From assembly GCF_006345805.1 (NCBI RefSeq), contig NC_043000.1, forward strand, positions 27,962,001 through 28,026,000: a stretch of DNA of 64,000 bases. Reading direction: 5' to 3'. Every line of letters begins with the position of its first letter. Positions within the stretch are counted from its first letter, which is position 1. Below are positions 38,562-53,135 of the stretch, one piece after another. The notes beneath the pieces are model-generated. The model was not told where the DNA came from. It ran no database searches and worked only from the letters and a program-made list of their open reading frames with translations. Position numbers and translations under genes: made by a program. The DNA comes from Octopus sinensis. Taxonomy: Eukaryota.

Positions 38562-38858
38562 AACGTATTGGTGAATTGAAGAAATGGAGCTGAACGCAGA
38601 TTGAACAGAAATCGTTTATTATTCAATTCTACACGTGTTTCGAAAGAATGAAATAAAACGATTCTGTCAATCTGCGTTCAGTCCATTTCTTCAATTCACC
38701 AATAATGTTTTAATTTCAATTATCCGCACCACGCACGGTTGCTACGCCAGATGGTTGTACCTCCAACCGTGCTGTTCACTGCTGTGATTTTTGCTACTAA
38801 GGTATCGGTTAACTTTTGATTATCTACTACAAGATTATTCATCTTTCTATTTCACATA
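38562..38858. mobile_element. Fold-back PLE-LTR-like fragment in (TA)n
   Basis: Arms ~38566-38619 and 38651-38704 are inverted. The left side extends to antisense GAAA-cacgtg-TA; the right side runs to the family 3' end. Confidence 0.7.
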
Positions 38859-40001
38859 ATATATATATATATATATAATATGTATATATATATATATATA
38901 TATATATCGTTGAAAGATTAAAGAACTATACAAATAAAATTTTTATATATGAAAATGATAGAGATGGAAATAGCACAGAAGTAAGTCAATTTAAGAGGGA
39001 ATTTAATAAAAAATATTAATATTACCGGTTTCAGGGCTAAAGCAGTTTCGTACCTCTCCTTGAAACATGCATTCTTTTGAAAAACTTTTCCGTATTCCTA
39101 CAAATATGAAAAAAAAATTAATCCTCACCACCACCACCACCACAACTACTACTCCACCCCTACCCCCATTTAAAATTTTGAACTTTTTCGAAATTTTTTT
39201 CCCTGTTTTAGATGACGGAGATTCTGAATGAGTAGGAAGCCTTGTTTTCAAAATTTTAAATTCAATAAGCATATAGATAGGTGTATAAAGAGATAGATAG
39301 ATATGTACGTCTTCCTAGGGCTAAAACCAACAGTAACACCGTTTTCTATAGGACCGCCACATTTAGTTGACAAATATATTTTATGAATAAACGGACAGGG
39401 ATAAATAAATAGACAGATAAATAAATAAATGAGAGAAAAAGTTCAAAATTTAAAACTGGGGGAGGGGTGGAATTTGAGCCCCTTTCTAAACTTTATAACA
39501 TTAATGTTTGTTTCTCATAAAATGGTGAATATTTAATTTACATTAAATTATTATTTACAATTATTTAAGGCAAACAAATAAAACGCAAATTCTTTTCATT
39601 TTAATGTTTTGTCTATATTTAATTTCGATTTGCAATATGTTTGTCAATTCGCCACGATTTCTTTAAAGTAAACAAAATCAAAACTTTAAACTGTGGGAGG
39701 GGAAGAGGTGATTAAATTTAAAATGTTTTGTTTGCATCTTCGTAATTTCCGACATCTAAAACGTAGGAATCCGAAATTTGTTTTTCAAAAACATGCATTT
39801 TTCAAGGAGAGGTGCGAATCTACTATCAGTCACCCTGCCACCCCCAGTTTCGATGTATTTCATCTTATCAAATACCATTAAATAAAATTTATAAAAATTT
39901 GAAAAATTTCAAGTAAAAACATCCTATCTTTCGTCTGGAGGTCAAGAACATGTCTGGAGATTTTTCGGTGAAGTCTTCTTTAAATATAGTTTGGTGTAGA
40001 G

Positions 40002-40050
<49 letters not shown>

Positions 40051-40149
40051 GTTGTCTATTGTCTGTCTGAAAGAAATCTTTGTGTGTGAAAGAAATATTT
40101 GTGTGTTCCTGTCAAGGGAGAGGCTAAAAAAGCATTTATTGAATGGGTT

Positions 40150-40550
40150 TTATGGCCATCTGTGACAAAATGCGAGAGAACAAACTGCGGCACCTGCCTT
40201 TGGCTAATTGAAGGACCAGAATTTAAATTAAAAGATGGGCAAACCTCCAAAGTGAAGTCCAACACGCAAAAACTTGATTTACGTAAACACATGCAATGGT
40301 TGCCAGCATAATTATATAGGTCACATGGGTGGATCTTTACGCAACAGAATGACGACCCATCGCCAACAAATCAGAGACAAAAGCACATGGAAAATTCCTT
40401 TAAGCCGTCACATTGCAACCTGTGCAGGAATGGACTTACCTCATTTCAAAATATTTTCCCCTCTGCAAGTGCTCAGATTTCGTCAATCAACAACAAAGAG
40501 TGAATAAAAAAGACAATTTATCAACAAGTATAAACCACAATTAAATATAG
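40150..40550 (+). pseudogene. Penelope-like element GIY-YIG endonuclease, frameshifted
   Basis: VTKCERTNCGTCLWLIEG (Cys linker), shift, LIYVNTCNGCQHNYIGHMGGSLRNRMTTHRQQIRD..IPLSRHIATCAG..; homologous to 3600-3968. Confidence 0.88.
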
Positions 40551-40674
40551 ACCAAACCATTATCAAATAACAACAGACACTTAAAAACTATTTTAAACAA
40601 TTTTATACATATTATTATCATTTTAAAAATACATCCCATCATCTCCCAAATCTTTTTTCAATATACATATATGC

Positions 40675-41060
40675 CAGCACACACACACACAAACATACAC
40701 ACATACACAAAAACGAGAACATCACAAAAAACACACACACACAAACATACATACGTACACAAAAAGAAAACCTTACAAAAACACACACCTACACTCACGC
40801 ACATGCAAAAGAAAACATCACAAGCTCACACACACACACACACACAAACATACATACACACAAACTCAAAGAAGAGAACATCACAAAAACATACACACAA
40901 ACACACGCACATACACTCACATACACATACAAAAGAAAACATCACAAATACACACTCATACAAATACACACAAGCGCAAAAAAGGACACATCAGAAAAAC
41001 ACGCACTCACAAAGACACACACACACAACTCTATACGTACACATACGCCCATACATACAC
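40675..41060. repeat. CA-rich degenerate minisatellite downstream of the PLE endonuclease
   Basis: Recurrent aaaagaaaacatcacaaaaacacacac units of ~40-50 bp. Confidence 0.75.
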
Positions 41061-41414
41061 ACAGATGGAGACACGCAAAAGAAGACACCTAATCCAAAGA
41101 AAAAATCCCATTCTTTTTTCAACAAGAGAAAATCTTCACAGCATACACACCCACCAACACACAGCTGGTCACTTTCCAAAACATATTAGAATGACGTTCA
41201 ACAGAGCACACATACACAGACACACACACATCCCGAGGATCTTCTATTTAATAGCTGGTCACGTGTACTTTTGTGTATGAGCAGCTTTCTCTGGAACATT
41301 TTGTTAGCCACTTGTCCGACTACTTCTCAGCAAATATTGAATAGTGTCTTCGCACCGTTATGGCGAGCTGCCTCCTCTATACCATCTTATCTGAAAAGTG
41401 GCATGTAACTTCAA

Positions 41415-41595
41415 GGCGGCAAGCTGGCAGAATTGTTAGCACGCCAGGCAAAATGTTTAGCGAAATTTTTCTGCCGCTACGTTCTGGGTTCAAATTCCGC
41501 CGACGTCGACTTTGCTTTTCATCCTTTTGGGGTCGATTTAATCGATTATCCGCTTCCCCCAAACTTCAGGCCTTGTGCCTATAGTATAAAGGATT
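41415..41595 (+). mobile_element. Family A SINE, single-unit form
   Basis: Head ggcggcaagctggcagaa to tail ggccttgtgcctatagtataaaggatt. Confidence 0.85.
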
Positions 41596-42249
41596 GTATT
41601 CAGTAACCTCTCGTTACTTTGCGATTTAACAGCTGACACCTTTATACAGCACTTGTTGCATCTCTCGTTCTTTGTCTCAGCAATCAACGTCAATTTTCTT
41701 GTATACTTCCAGCGTTATTTTCCTAATCTGTTCCTTAGCCCAATTTTTCATCGTTCCCTCCTTTCCTCAGGCCTCTCCTCTAAACATCCATCACAATATT
41801 GCAAAATCGCTTTTCTGTTGCAGACCTTAGAAAATGTTCTTTCACATTAACCGCAACTGAGCTTTGATGGCCATGTCTCCGACTGCAATATGCTCTGATC
41901 ACTTTCATCTGCTGGATTTCCTTCAGTCATAACTTAACGTCTATTCATCATAACGTTTGATCAGAACCAAAATGAAAAGAATCATAAAGCCTTAAACATC
42001 GTGTTCCATTCTTTTATATTGATGTAATAAATTGCGTTAGTTTTCTTATATTTTGTGTCCGCCACGTTGTGTTTTTTATATCTGTACGAGTAAAATACGT
42101 GTTGTAACATGTTGTATCGTAGATTTTCAGCAACCTGTTCCCGTTATCACTTGTCAGTTATATTGAAAGTATTGCTTAATCATTGTCTGTTCTAGATAAT
42201 CTACGATTCCCGTCACTCAACATCAGTTCGATGATTTAGCTGTGGATAT

Positions 42250-42510
42250 CTTCCAGAATATTTGAAGCCCTCCGTGAAGTGTAACTAAGAATACAATTGG
42301 CTAGATACGCCTCAGAATAGCCGAATCATTGTTATTTAAAGACACGGATAAGAGAAAAGCGAAGACCGAGATATAGCCTGACACATGTGACGTTAAATTT
42401 TGTTTTTCGAAGATCTGAAGGCTGTCGACGAACATTGGAAAAGGATGCAACAGATCGATTTCCCTGGAGAAATTCGCTGTTTGGTTCGGAGACATAAACG
42501 GAATTGAACT
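42250..42510 (+). pseudogene. Possible very decayed RTE C-terminal fragment
   Basis: RIAESLLFKDTDKRK..., TLEKDATDRFPWRNSL resemble RTE end motifs. Confidence 0.3.
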
Positions 42511-44261
42511 ATGTGTGAACTTTCTGTTTGAACCTTATGTTAAAACGTTATGCGCGAAGCTTATGTGAAAACCTTATGTGTAAACCGCATAAGGTTGTTG
42601 TGTAGCGTGGAAAAATCATGGTTTTGTTTTAGTGTCAGAAACTAAAGAGAAATGGCGTAAATATTTGGTGTTGTTGTTGTGGTTGGTGGTGGTGGTGGTG
42701 GTGGTGGTGGTGGTGGTGAGACGACTACTGTGATAGGTGTGATGATGACGCTGACAAGACTCTTAACCAGCAGACTTGTAATCGAAGCATTTCTAACATA
42801 TGAAGATCACTTTTTCTAAATATGTATTTTTTTTCTCTTTGTATTCACTGATTGGGTGGTATTTGAGTGAGACTTGACAACAATTTTCCTCAACTTCCTC
42901 ATTCGAAGAGGCTTCCTCTTTAGTTAGCAGTGTATGCAGCTAGACTTCAACAATAACGTTAGAGAAAATTGATATTTCAAAGTACAGTGAAGGTCGCTAA
43001 TCGAAATGCCAATGACATCTCACCGAAATAACGATAGTTTCTTGGTGCTCTTTCTCTCTATCTATCTTTCTATATATATCTATTTGTCTTTATCTGTCAT
43101 TCTTTATCTCTCACACTCTCGACCTGCAACCAACAACAGCTAAATCTCTCTCTCTCTAGTTCCAGCCTGACAACTGAATAATAACATATTCAAACCAAGC
43201 AGAGCCTCCATGAGGTCGTTTCACCTGCTAAGAATAGTAAGCAAATTTCTATCTCTATCCTACCCACTTGAATGAAGAAGCATTTGATAATGTAATTCTA
43301 TACAGCGAATTATAAAACACAGAATTCTCTCGGCTCGAATGCTTTTAATTATAGTGAACAATGTTAAAACAACAACACCAACATCAATAACCATTTAATC
43401 TATGTTATTTCCAATCCAATGCGTGCTTCGTTTTTACTATCACCAATTTTTAATAGAAAAAAATATACATCACCGTAAGGAGATTATCTCTTCAATGGTT
43501 CAGACTCTGGTTCCTTTTGAGACGATAAAAACCATAGATACCTTCATATCACGCGGTATTATCCTATACATTTGTCCTTCTTCTGGGAGGTGAACCTTAA
43601 TGCTACGATAGCAAAATGGCAAAATGGTGATGACAAACTTACCACTATTGTTGGTTATCCTTGTTGAATACTGTTTTTTCACCATATGAAATAATAGGTA
43701 ACTCTTAAGTATATTATATTATATTATATTATATTATATTATATTATATTATATTATATATATATATATATATCTGTGTGTGTGTGTATATATGTATATA
43801 TATATAAATACAAACATATGTATGTGTATGTGTAGTGTACCCATATATGTGTGTGTGTGTGTTTATGTATATATGTGCATAGTGTACCTATTTGTACATA
43901 CGTGTGTGATTGTGTGCGTAGGTGTAGGTGTATGAGCGTGTAAGCGTGTCTATTCGTATGTGTTTATTGACGAATTACTTATGTATATTTATGTGGCTAC
44001 AATAATGAATGGGAAAATATTGTCCACAATTGACTTTTCTATAAATGCCATCACCAAGTGAAGTAATGCTAAGATCTGAAGGGAGAGTTTATTGATTTCA
44101 ATACTATGTTCAGCTTTTCAACTGCAAAGAGATTCAGATCGCTTTATATATTTACATACATGCATACGTACATACATACACACATATATATATGCACAAA
44201 CATATACATATATACATATGAGCGTGTATCTGTCTATCTATTTATCTATATATATATGCAT

Positions 44262-44515
44262 ATATGTACATACATACAAGTCCATATCCATATATATATA
44301 TATACACACACACAGTCACACACACATATATATATATGTATATGCATATATGTACATATATACAAGTCCATATCCATATATATTTATATATATACATATA
44401 TATAGACATATAAATATATAAATATGTATATACATATATGTACATACATACAAGTCTATATCCATATATACACACGCATATATATATACATACACACAAG
44501 TCCATATCCACATAT
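44262..44515. repeat. Microsatellite-derived minisatellite (acaagtccatatcca x4)
   Basis: Motif at ~44276, 44362, 44450 and 44496. Confidence 0.8.
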
Positions 44516-45384
44516 ATATGTGTGTGTGTTGTGTGTGTGTGTGTTCATTTCATGTATGTATATGTGTAATTGGATGTATGCGTCTTTCATTCATTGTCTG
44601 CAAAGTGATATATTTCAATTATATAATTGTATTATAATACCTCAATATATACAAACTCCATCAGAATACTTTTGGATTCGGCAAGGAAAAGAAGAAAAAA
44701 AGAAAAAAAAAAAGAATTATTTCATGTATCTATTTATTCGGAAATTCCAGCTTCGTCTGAAAATGGTTTTCAGCAATAAATTTGCATAGAAACATTTTGA
44801 TAATATAATGGATCTCTATTTTCTGAACGCAACAATATTTTGTGACAAGAACTCTCCGAGGATTTAAGCAAGATATTAGTGGCCAGTTCTCAATTTATTC
44901 AGTAGTTGCATCCTATTTAGAATCGATCAGTGGCGCATATTATCATATATGCTTGGACTTTAGTTAGTAGTTCGTATGTAACTACTATCTTGCAGATATG
45001 TACGACGCATTGTTCTTTATACTTTAACAGTATAAGTACTGATACTGGTATTGTCAGTACTTATACTGGTATTGATATCGTTTATTTTACAGTAGGTTGC
45101 CTTCGTCTTTTCATATGAAGGTTTGCGTGTGTGTTTGTATATTGAAGTGTGTGCAATTGTGTTCTTTGTTAAGAATACTATTATAAAGCAATTACAGGAA
45201 AAATAGTAAAATAGTTAATGCTGAAGTCGCAGAACACCTAAAGTTAAGTACATATGAAATTCTTTCAAAACAAACGCAGTGCAATATGTATAATGTTTGA
45301 TAAAAAGCCGTCAAAACAAATTATATATATAATGAGTTACAGTAATATATATACATGCACGATATATATATATATAATATATAT

Positions 45385-45419
<35 letters not shown>

Positions 45420-45459
45420 TTAGAGACGTATATGTACACACGAACACACAATGTGTACA

Positions 45460-45534
<75 letters not shown>

Positions 45535-46547
45535 GTGTGTGTGTGTGTGTGTGTGTGTACAGACATATATGCATACATGCATACATACGTGTGTGTGGGT
45601 GAGTGTATCAAAGGTGAAGTTTTTTGTTTGCTCGCTTTAGGAACCAAACAGATGAACATATAGATTTAAAAATAACTTCCCAATAACCAATTCTTTATGA
45701 AAAAAAAAATTAATGATGCTAATTATTTTGTTCTTTGTGCAACATTTAATTAACAAATTGATAATTAATGATTATTGCTAATAGCAATGTAAATAAATGA
45801 TAGATGAAGGGTTTAAAGTCTTTCTCCCTTAGATTACAAAGTTCATAATTTCCTTTCAAACGAATATGAAAAAATCTGATTTGATTTGGTTGGATTCAGA
45901 CGAACAATTTAATTACAATTTAATTAAAATATTATTTAAGTTTTAAAAAAAATAGTGTTATATCTTTTTTAAAAATATGCGCTGTTTAAACTTTTCTCTA
46001 AATTACATTTCACCCAATTTATACCTTTCTCGAGTGAAATGAAGATATGAACCATCTAAAGGAGGCACTAAATTCTTTGGCGCCTCCAGTATTGACTGCG
46101 CGATAATATAACTTCGAGTTTGTGTTTCTGTAATATTTTGACGGAAAAGTAGTTCAGCCTACGCTATACAGCGCTATCAGAGGAAAAGTAAAGGCATGAA
46201 GGACATTTAAGTATAACTGGAAAGTGCTTGTAACAAATAATAGGTTTAATTTCTTGTGTTACGTCAGATGATACCAAAGATACTATTTCAGTTTCAGCAC
46301 TTTTAATTTCCAATAAACTACATTTTTGCCATATTTATCAAAAACTCAGAAACAAAAGCAATGAAAGTTGCTGGCTCACAATTACTTCTCGTTGTCTGCT
46401 GTTCTTATATGTATACAGGATATTCTGGAATTGGGGCAGATAACAATCTTTATGCGTACTCTTCTATGAATAAATATCAAATATATATAAAGAAGTATTG
46501 TAATTTCTGATATCAAGATATTTCTGATATCAAGATATATCTGATAC

Positions 46548-46595
<48 letters not shown>

Positions 46596-46614
46596 CGATA
46601 CATACATCATATAT

Positions 46615-46806
46615 ATGAGCAAAAATTTTTTTTCCCCTGTCTTCCCTTCTCGGGATCTTTCCTTCTCCTTTGTTTCCGACGAAGAGCTCCGCTCGAAACG
46701 TTAAACCCTCCTTCCCTTCTTTCCTGAGCGTCAAATAATACTTTAATTGTTCCACGTCCTCGCGTTGCTGTGTTTTTTTCTGTGTTTTCTAGTTTGGATT
46801 AACTTT
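46615..46806 (+). mobile_element. PLE-LTR-like fragment ending in (TA)n
   Basis: Pyrimidine-rich ~190-bp segment between microsatellites that contains an HHR motif. Confidence 0.6.
46672..46706 (+). ncRNA. Minimal type I hammerhead motif
   Basis: gttt-cCGACGA-a-gagc tcc gctc-GAAA-cgt-TA-aac; palindromic aacgtt at stem III; U4C variant. Confidence 0.65.
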
Positions 46807-46847
46807 ATATATATATATATATATACACATTACAAATATATTATATA

Positions 46848-46878
<31 letters not shown>

Positions 46879-49519
46879 ATGCATGTATGTATAACAGCAC
46901 TGCATTTAGCTTAATTTCCATATGAATTAAAACATATTCTGTTGTAGTTAATGGTTCCTTCCGTCACAACTCACCATTTTCTTTCATGGTTGATACTTAT
47001 GGTCACTAGAATATTCTATGATACCCTAAGGTATCATACGTGGCGAAAAACTTGTGGTATTTCCATATATTATACTCCTGATTTACTGGAAGTGTTTATC
47101 GATTCCCGACAAAAATAACAGGCATCCTAGCATCATCTAATTTACAATAAATTGGTAAACGTTCATATGAACAGAGCAAAATCGCAAGTTTCATAAATAA
47201 GCAGTTCCCTGTATATGCATAGACATGGAGTAACTTTACATTAAGGAGTGGAACGTACAATTTCTTGTACGTCAGACCGCCTCATGTTTCCAAGAGACAA
47301 AATAGAAAAGGCGTTGCCTCGGAGGATGGCAACGGATATGCGCTGGAATTGCCACTCTGACTCACGGGGCTTGCACTTACAGACAGCTATCTCTGTTTTA
47401 TGTTCTTGAGCAAAACATTTTTTCGTTGCTCAAGTCCACTCAGCTGGGTAGTAGGAACCCAGTCTATATTAGTTTTTATGAGTCTGCATGAGTTTATATG
47501 ACGCGGAGAGGAGGTATATTCCATAATGTGTAACGGAATCGAAACAGTGCGTCTTATGATGAGAGATTTTACAGCGTAGTTTCATTAAAGTGTTTTAATA
47601 TGCATTGTGTTATGTCTGGCTGTGTTTCAATATATAATTATAATCATATTTAACATTATTTTTGCCAGTAAAGTGCTTACGACTCAAATTTTACAGTATA
47701 TCTGTGGAAAATATTTGTGTTGAATAATCGCAACATCGATCGGTTTGTGAGTTAGAATACGTGTACATACGTGTGTGCGTGTGTGCTTTTGTGTTAGGGA
47801 GGAGTGCCTGTGTGCGAGAGTTTCTATGCCTGTGTATGAAGACAAGTTGATATATATATGCGTGAAGAGACACATACGCACATAAATACATACACACATA
47901 CATGTATATACTCACACACACAAACAAATGTGTATGTATATATATATATATATATGTCTGTGTGTATGTATGTATATATACACACATTTATATAAACATT
48001 CTTGTATGCATAAATACATGAATACAAATATATATGCGTATATATCTACGTGTGTGCATGTGTTCACATATATACGCACACGTATAGAGAAGCACACAGG
48101 ACAGTGGGAAGGGAGGATACAAGTGTGATGCTGAAAAATGTAAAGTGGTGTGCAAAGGTCAAGGAATAGACTTGGAAACAATATCTGATTCTTGTACATA
48201 GTCTTTCAGCAATCACACAACTACTTTAGATTGGTTCATAATATAACAAGCAACATCGTTCTCTTTATCTGAATCTAGATTTCAGTGTAAAATTTGTCAT
48301 CTACAGATTAGTACATCATCTATAAAAGTTTCGGATTACTCTGCGATTGCAGCAGTTTTCAGGCATTATACTACTATGATTGATTTTTTTAATTGTCAAA
48401 GTGATCGATCACCTGCAATAATGCGTTTATTGGCTTTTCTTTGGGGAGAACTGATGCGAACAGTGCCAAATCTAAGAAAAATACGAACAGAGCTGAAATG
48501 AAGCTTTGTGATAAACAACCTAAGTCTTTTGAGAATGGAGATTGATATTCCAAACACCTGAAGCTAAATAGCATCTGTCTTGAGTAAATCACCGAATTCC
48601 TCGTTCGCTTACCATAAAATAATCAATAAGAAGACAAGAGATACTGTACTTTGTGTGGGATTAATAAGTCTTCCTGTAGATAGTCTCTGGCGCTCTCATT
48701 TTTCTTTTTGTCATTCCATCTCACATATCTCCCGTTCTATTTAAATCGCTCTTTTTCTTCCTCCACTTTTCACTCCTGCTTCCCATTCACGTTTTACCGT
48801 TTCTTTCCTCATCTTTGGCTCGCTCTGTCAGTTTCGTTTTTCCCTTTTTGCTGTGTATTTTAACTGCGTATCATTGTGAAAAGATCACTCGCATTGCGTA
48901 CTACGTTTACTTCTGCTCATAAATAAACTCCATGGCACCGTTTACGTTGATGTCTCTGCTTTTATATTCCCCGGATTCTTAATTTACTTCAACAGATATT
49001 TTCCTTCTCTACTTACCACATACGTTGGTCTCATCTTCTTCGTTTTTGAAACTCTGTCTCTCTACTCTCTATCTTCATCTCCTCCTATCCGTTAAAAGTA
49101 ATATGCTATGGTTTAGTGTTACATCAAAATTTACTCTGTTTCTTCACAATAATTTGTGATACGAGTGAATAACAATCCTAATATCAGTATATTCCCGACT
49201 GCAGTTTATAAAACAAGACTGCCGAAGTGAATTTCTTTGACTGGAATTCTATTTCTAACTATAACATTTTCATTTTATTTATAACTTTTATCCCCGTGAA
49301 ACAATCATCTTTCACATTCAAATTCTCCTTTTATAATCATTCTGAATCTTCTGGCAATGCGAGTTTTAACAAGAACAACCATACATAACTTGATGCTTGC
49401 GTGTTACCAATGAGTAAAATGGACGACGAGTAAACATAAAAACTGAAATCGCCCTTTGCCGTCGCCCCTCCAGATTTAGCACTTTGAATAACATCTACTC
49501 TTAACACAACTTTACCGAC

Positions 49520-49923
49520 TACCTATTTCTTTATTGCCCACAAGGGATTAAACACAGATAGGACAAACAAGGACAGACAAACGGATTAAGTCGATTATAT
49601 CGACCCCAGTACGTAACTGGTACTTAATTTATCGACCCCGAAAGGAGGAATGGCAAAGTCGACCTCGGTGGAACGTATCGGCAGACGAAATACCTATTTC
49701 TTCATTACCCACAAAGGGCTACACACAGAGAGGACAAACAAGGACAAACAAACGTATTAAGTCGATTACATCGACCCCCAGTGCGTAACTGGTACTTAAT
49801 TTATCGACCCCGAAAGGATGAAAGGCAAAGTTGACCTCGGCGGAATTTGAACTCAGAACGTAATTGCAGACGAAATACGTCTACACATTTCGCCCGGCGT
49901 GCTAGCGTTTCTGCCAGCTCGCC
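49520..49923 (-). mobile_element. Family A SINE, multi-unit
   Basis: Two tandem internal units plus a head ending gccagctcgcc. Confidence 0.88.
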
Positions 49924-50347
49924 GACTACAACCTCACCCATACCAAACTCTCCATCGCTTACTCACAATACTCCGTTTTCACTCTCTCGCTGCGTGTGAC
50001 CAAATTTCAAGCCGAAATCTCAACAAGATTCAACACAGTGGATGCGGATGCCCCCAACGAAAATATTTGATCAACAAGTTCTCACCCATCGCCGATCTCC
50101 ACTCATGAAGTTGTGCCATCCATAATACCTCTCCTTTCCATTTCACAACACCACCATGCTCCCCTTCAGTGCCCTAGCACACGCATATGCTGGATGTTCT
50201 AATGCCATGTCTTCCCCAAGCCACCATTTCGAACCTTTAAACACACCCGTAACCTATGCGGTTTACTTGCCAATAGTTCGTACACTTCTTGCCAACTAAC
50301 CTGGATTTCTCCCTTGCTCTTCTATCCGCAGTTACACTTGTCTCCTT

Positions 50348-50444
50348 CTACATTATTTACATTATTTACATTTGATGGTTATTTGTCCTCATCTTGTTTG
50401 TTGTTAACACAACGATTCGGCTGATATACCTTCCAGCCTTCATC
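50348..50444 (-). mobile_element. PLE-LTR-like fragment starting inside an HHR core
   Basis: Reverse strand gatgaa-ggctg gaaggtatat cagcc-gaat-cgttg; 5-bp stem II; the first core bases are replaced by the neighbouring element. Confidence 0.6.
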
Positions 50445-51159
50445 TACAAGGATAGCATCAAGAATACCCTGAAATGTTACTCACATGTCACTGAAAGCTC
50501 ACTTCTTAGACTCTCATCTGGATTTCTTCACAGATAACCTTGGAGCAGTGTCAGATGAACATGTTGAAAGATTTTACCAGGACATTAGTGCTATAGAAAA
50601 ACGGTACCAAGGCTTCTGGTATGATAGCATGCTGGCTGACTACTGCTGGACACTTTACCGTGATCAACCATATCAGGAACATCGCAGGAAATACAAATAA
50701 CAATGTTTCTAACTCTGTTTTGTCTGATAGAGTTTTTTCTGTATTCACTCTTTGTAGAATACTAATGATGATTTTTAACTCAATAAACTCATTTACTTTC
50801 TAAGAATAATGTCCTTAGTTATTACGTTAATGATTTCATATATACAAATATGTAAATGTTTGCATGTATCTTCTGGAAAAACTGATACATTCTGTATACA
50901 AATGGAGTGACATTATGAAATCAGCAGGAAAAATTAGTCTAAAAAAGTCGGTTTGCGTTCATACATTTGAGTATATTGTAGAAAAACTTCCCAAAATCTC
51001 AGAGGCAATGTTTGTCGGACACCAAAATATAGAAGTACTCAAGGATGTCAGCTTCAAGACAACACTGAACAAACTGGAATTGCCTGCCTAGAAAGCTTTC
51101 AGTTGGGTCTGTGAGAATTTCTAGGGTAACAAGAAGGCTATGGACTACAAGGATGGCAT
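50444..51159 (+). pseudogene. DNA-transposon transposase C-terminal fragments (probably Chapaev3/CMC), rearranged
   Basis: MSLKAHFLDSHLDFFTDNLGAVSDEHVERFYQDISAIEKRYQG.W...MLADYCWTL (50485-50700), and FEYIVEKLPKISEA.FVGHQ..LNKLELPA*KAFSWVCENF*GN (~50960-51130). The family name is from recalled motifs. Confidence 0.75.
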
Positions 51160-51392
51160 TTTGTAGACAGTGTAATTATTTTCTTGACCAGTGTAAATAT
51201 AGCGTCGATTGGCTGAAACTTATACAAAAGGAAATAAAAGAATGCAAATGCAGTAAGGTGTCTTCAGAAGTGTTTTGTTTTAGACAGAACAAGAATTTCA
51301 TTTGGAGATATATGGTAGTAATAGGAATAGATAGGATAATGTATTAATTTTTTTTTTAGTTCGGCTATCAATAGGGCATTCCTACCTGTAGA

Positions 51393-52560
51393 ACCTTATA
51401 TATGATACAGAAGATTCGTGTGTGTGTGTAACTGCATGCATTTCTATATTTTACAACCGATTTGTACCAAATTTCATACATAGGTATCTGAAGTCCTATT
51501 ATGCGTCGTAGGCTATTTTATTTTTCCGTAGATCGATTGTGCCCCCATCACCACCCGGGACAGATAACTCCCTTAAGCCTCTCTCTTGGAGTCAGCAGTA
51601 CTATTGCATAAAGGCCCCATAATTCCTGCAGTTTGCCTCCCATCTTCGCCAAAATTAATCTTTTGTTTGCTAATGGCCTACAAATAACGTTGCAGGAATG
51701 CACTTCCGCAGAAATTCAGAACCCCCTGGGGACAGTAACCCGATTTTTATGAATGTTGAAGTTGGTATCATCAATGTAACAAAACGTCATAACTGCCTGA
51801 GTTGGCGTTTGGTTTCCACAAAACGAGACATATTGATTACCCCTGGCTCACAGAGGAAGGCGAACACATGAACTTTTAGTTGAACGTATCAAGGGGATCC
51901 CTTGGTGAGGGGCAGTAAGCCCTTTTGACTTATCTATTGAAGTTCACATTAACACTGTATTAGTACGTAACTTTTGAAGTTTACGTTCGATTTTAACTTT
52001 ACGGAACACATTGGTTATCCCTTGCCTAAATATGATGTTGAAGACACTGTCTATACCCGGAACAAGCAAGGGGACCCCAGTGGGCAGTAAACCCCGGTAA
52101 GCCAATTATTGAATTTAGCTATTGTAATGCAACAAAGGGTCATAGCTTCGATAATTGGTATTCCCATAAAATGAATTTCGACTCGCTTGTAATTCATTTA
52201 CTACAGATGTAGATACAGTGAGGCACATTTACTTCCATTTCAATTCACCAAGAGAATCTCCTCGGAGACAATGAGCCTAAATCATTAACCCATAAAAGTT
52301 CATACTGTCACAATAAAACAGCACCAGAACCTCGGGAATTTATTATGGTTATTGCCTGCCATGTGATAAAATACTGCACATTCGTTATCATTTGAATTCT
52401 GCAAGGGAGCCCCCTATGGAGGGCAGTGGGCCCCTTTGGACCACTTTTAAAGTTCGTATTATGGTTGCAGCAAAGCATTTTAACTTCTGGAAAAAACAGT
52501 CAATTTAAACGAAAGTTGATGCATCAGTTACTTATGTCCTACAAATGGAGGAACGAATAT
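51393..52560 (+). mobile_element. Helitron-like non-autonomous element with diverged ~170-bp internal repeats
   Basis: Start cttatatat..(gt)n..accgatttgtaccaaattt; GC-rich ccc..gg(g/a)cagtaa motif at ~51553, 51721, 51895, 52072, 52258 and 52407. Confidence 0.5.
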
Positions 52561-53135
52561 TTTAAATAACCCCCCGCATACTTACACCATAGTTAAGTGT
52601 GGAATGGGGAATTAATTTTTTTTTCCTTGATCTTAGGCGTCATTCGACACTCCTAACCAAGAAAGCGCAATTTAACCCAGGTGTGGATTGTGCTATTTTA
52701 CAATCACTCTGCGAATGATCGATTAGTTTTTGCACCCGGCTGTCTACCCCGTTTAATTGCAACTCAGTTAAGTGCGAAATGGCGACCTCTGATCAACAAC
52801 ACATCAGTGAGTCGTATTCAGCAGATTTCATCACACTTAATTGTATTATCTAGACAATCAGACAACTCGAGCGTTGTTCAATAAGCGAAATCACTCGTAC
52901 TTATATCGGTCAAGTCCGACCTAGAATCACACTTCATTTTTGGCTTTAGACAAGTGGTAGGTTTTATTACTTGCGGATTTATTTAATGTGTTTATGGTCA
53001 TAAGATTCCCGTTCATCATGCTGTGATTTTCGGACATATTTGGCCTTTATCCTTTCAATAGTTAGTATTTACTTATTGCTATTGTTACAAACGGAAGTAT
53101 TTCGGTTCATTTGAAAGACTACTCCGTTGAGTGAT

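Noticed and set aside
40671-41189. 172-aa H/T/K-rich ORF downstream of the PLE endonuclease
   Set aside because: Translation of a CA-rich minisatellite.
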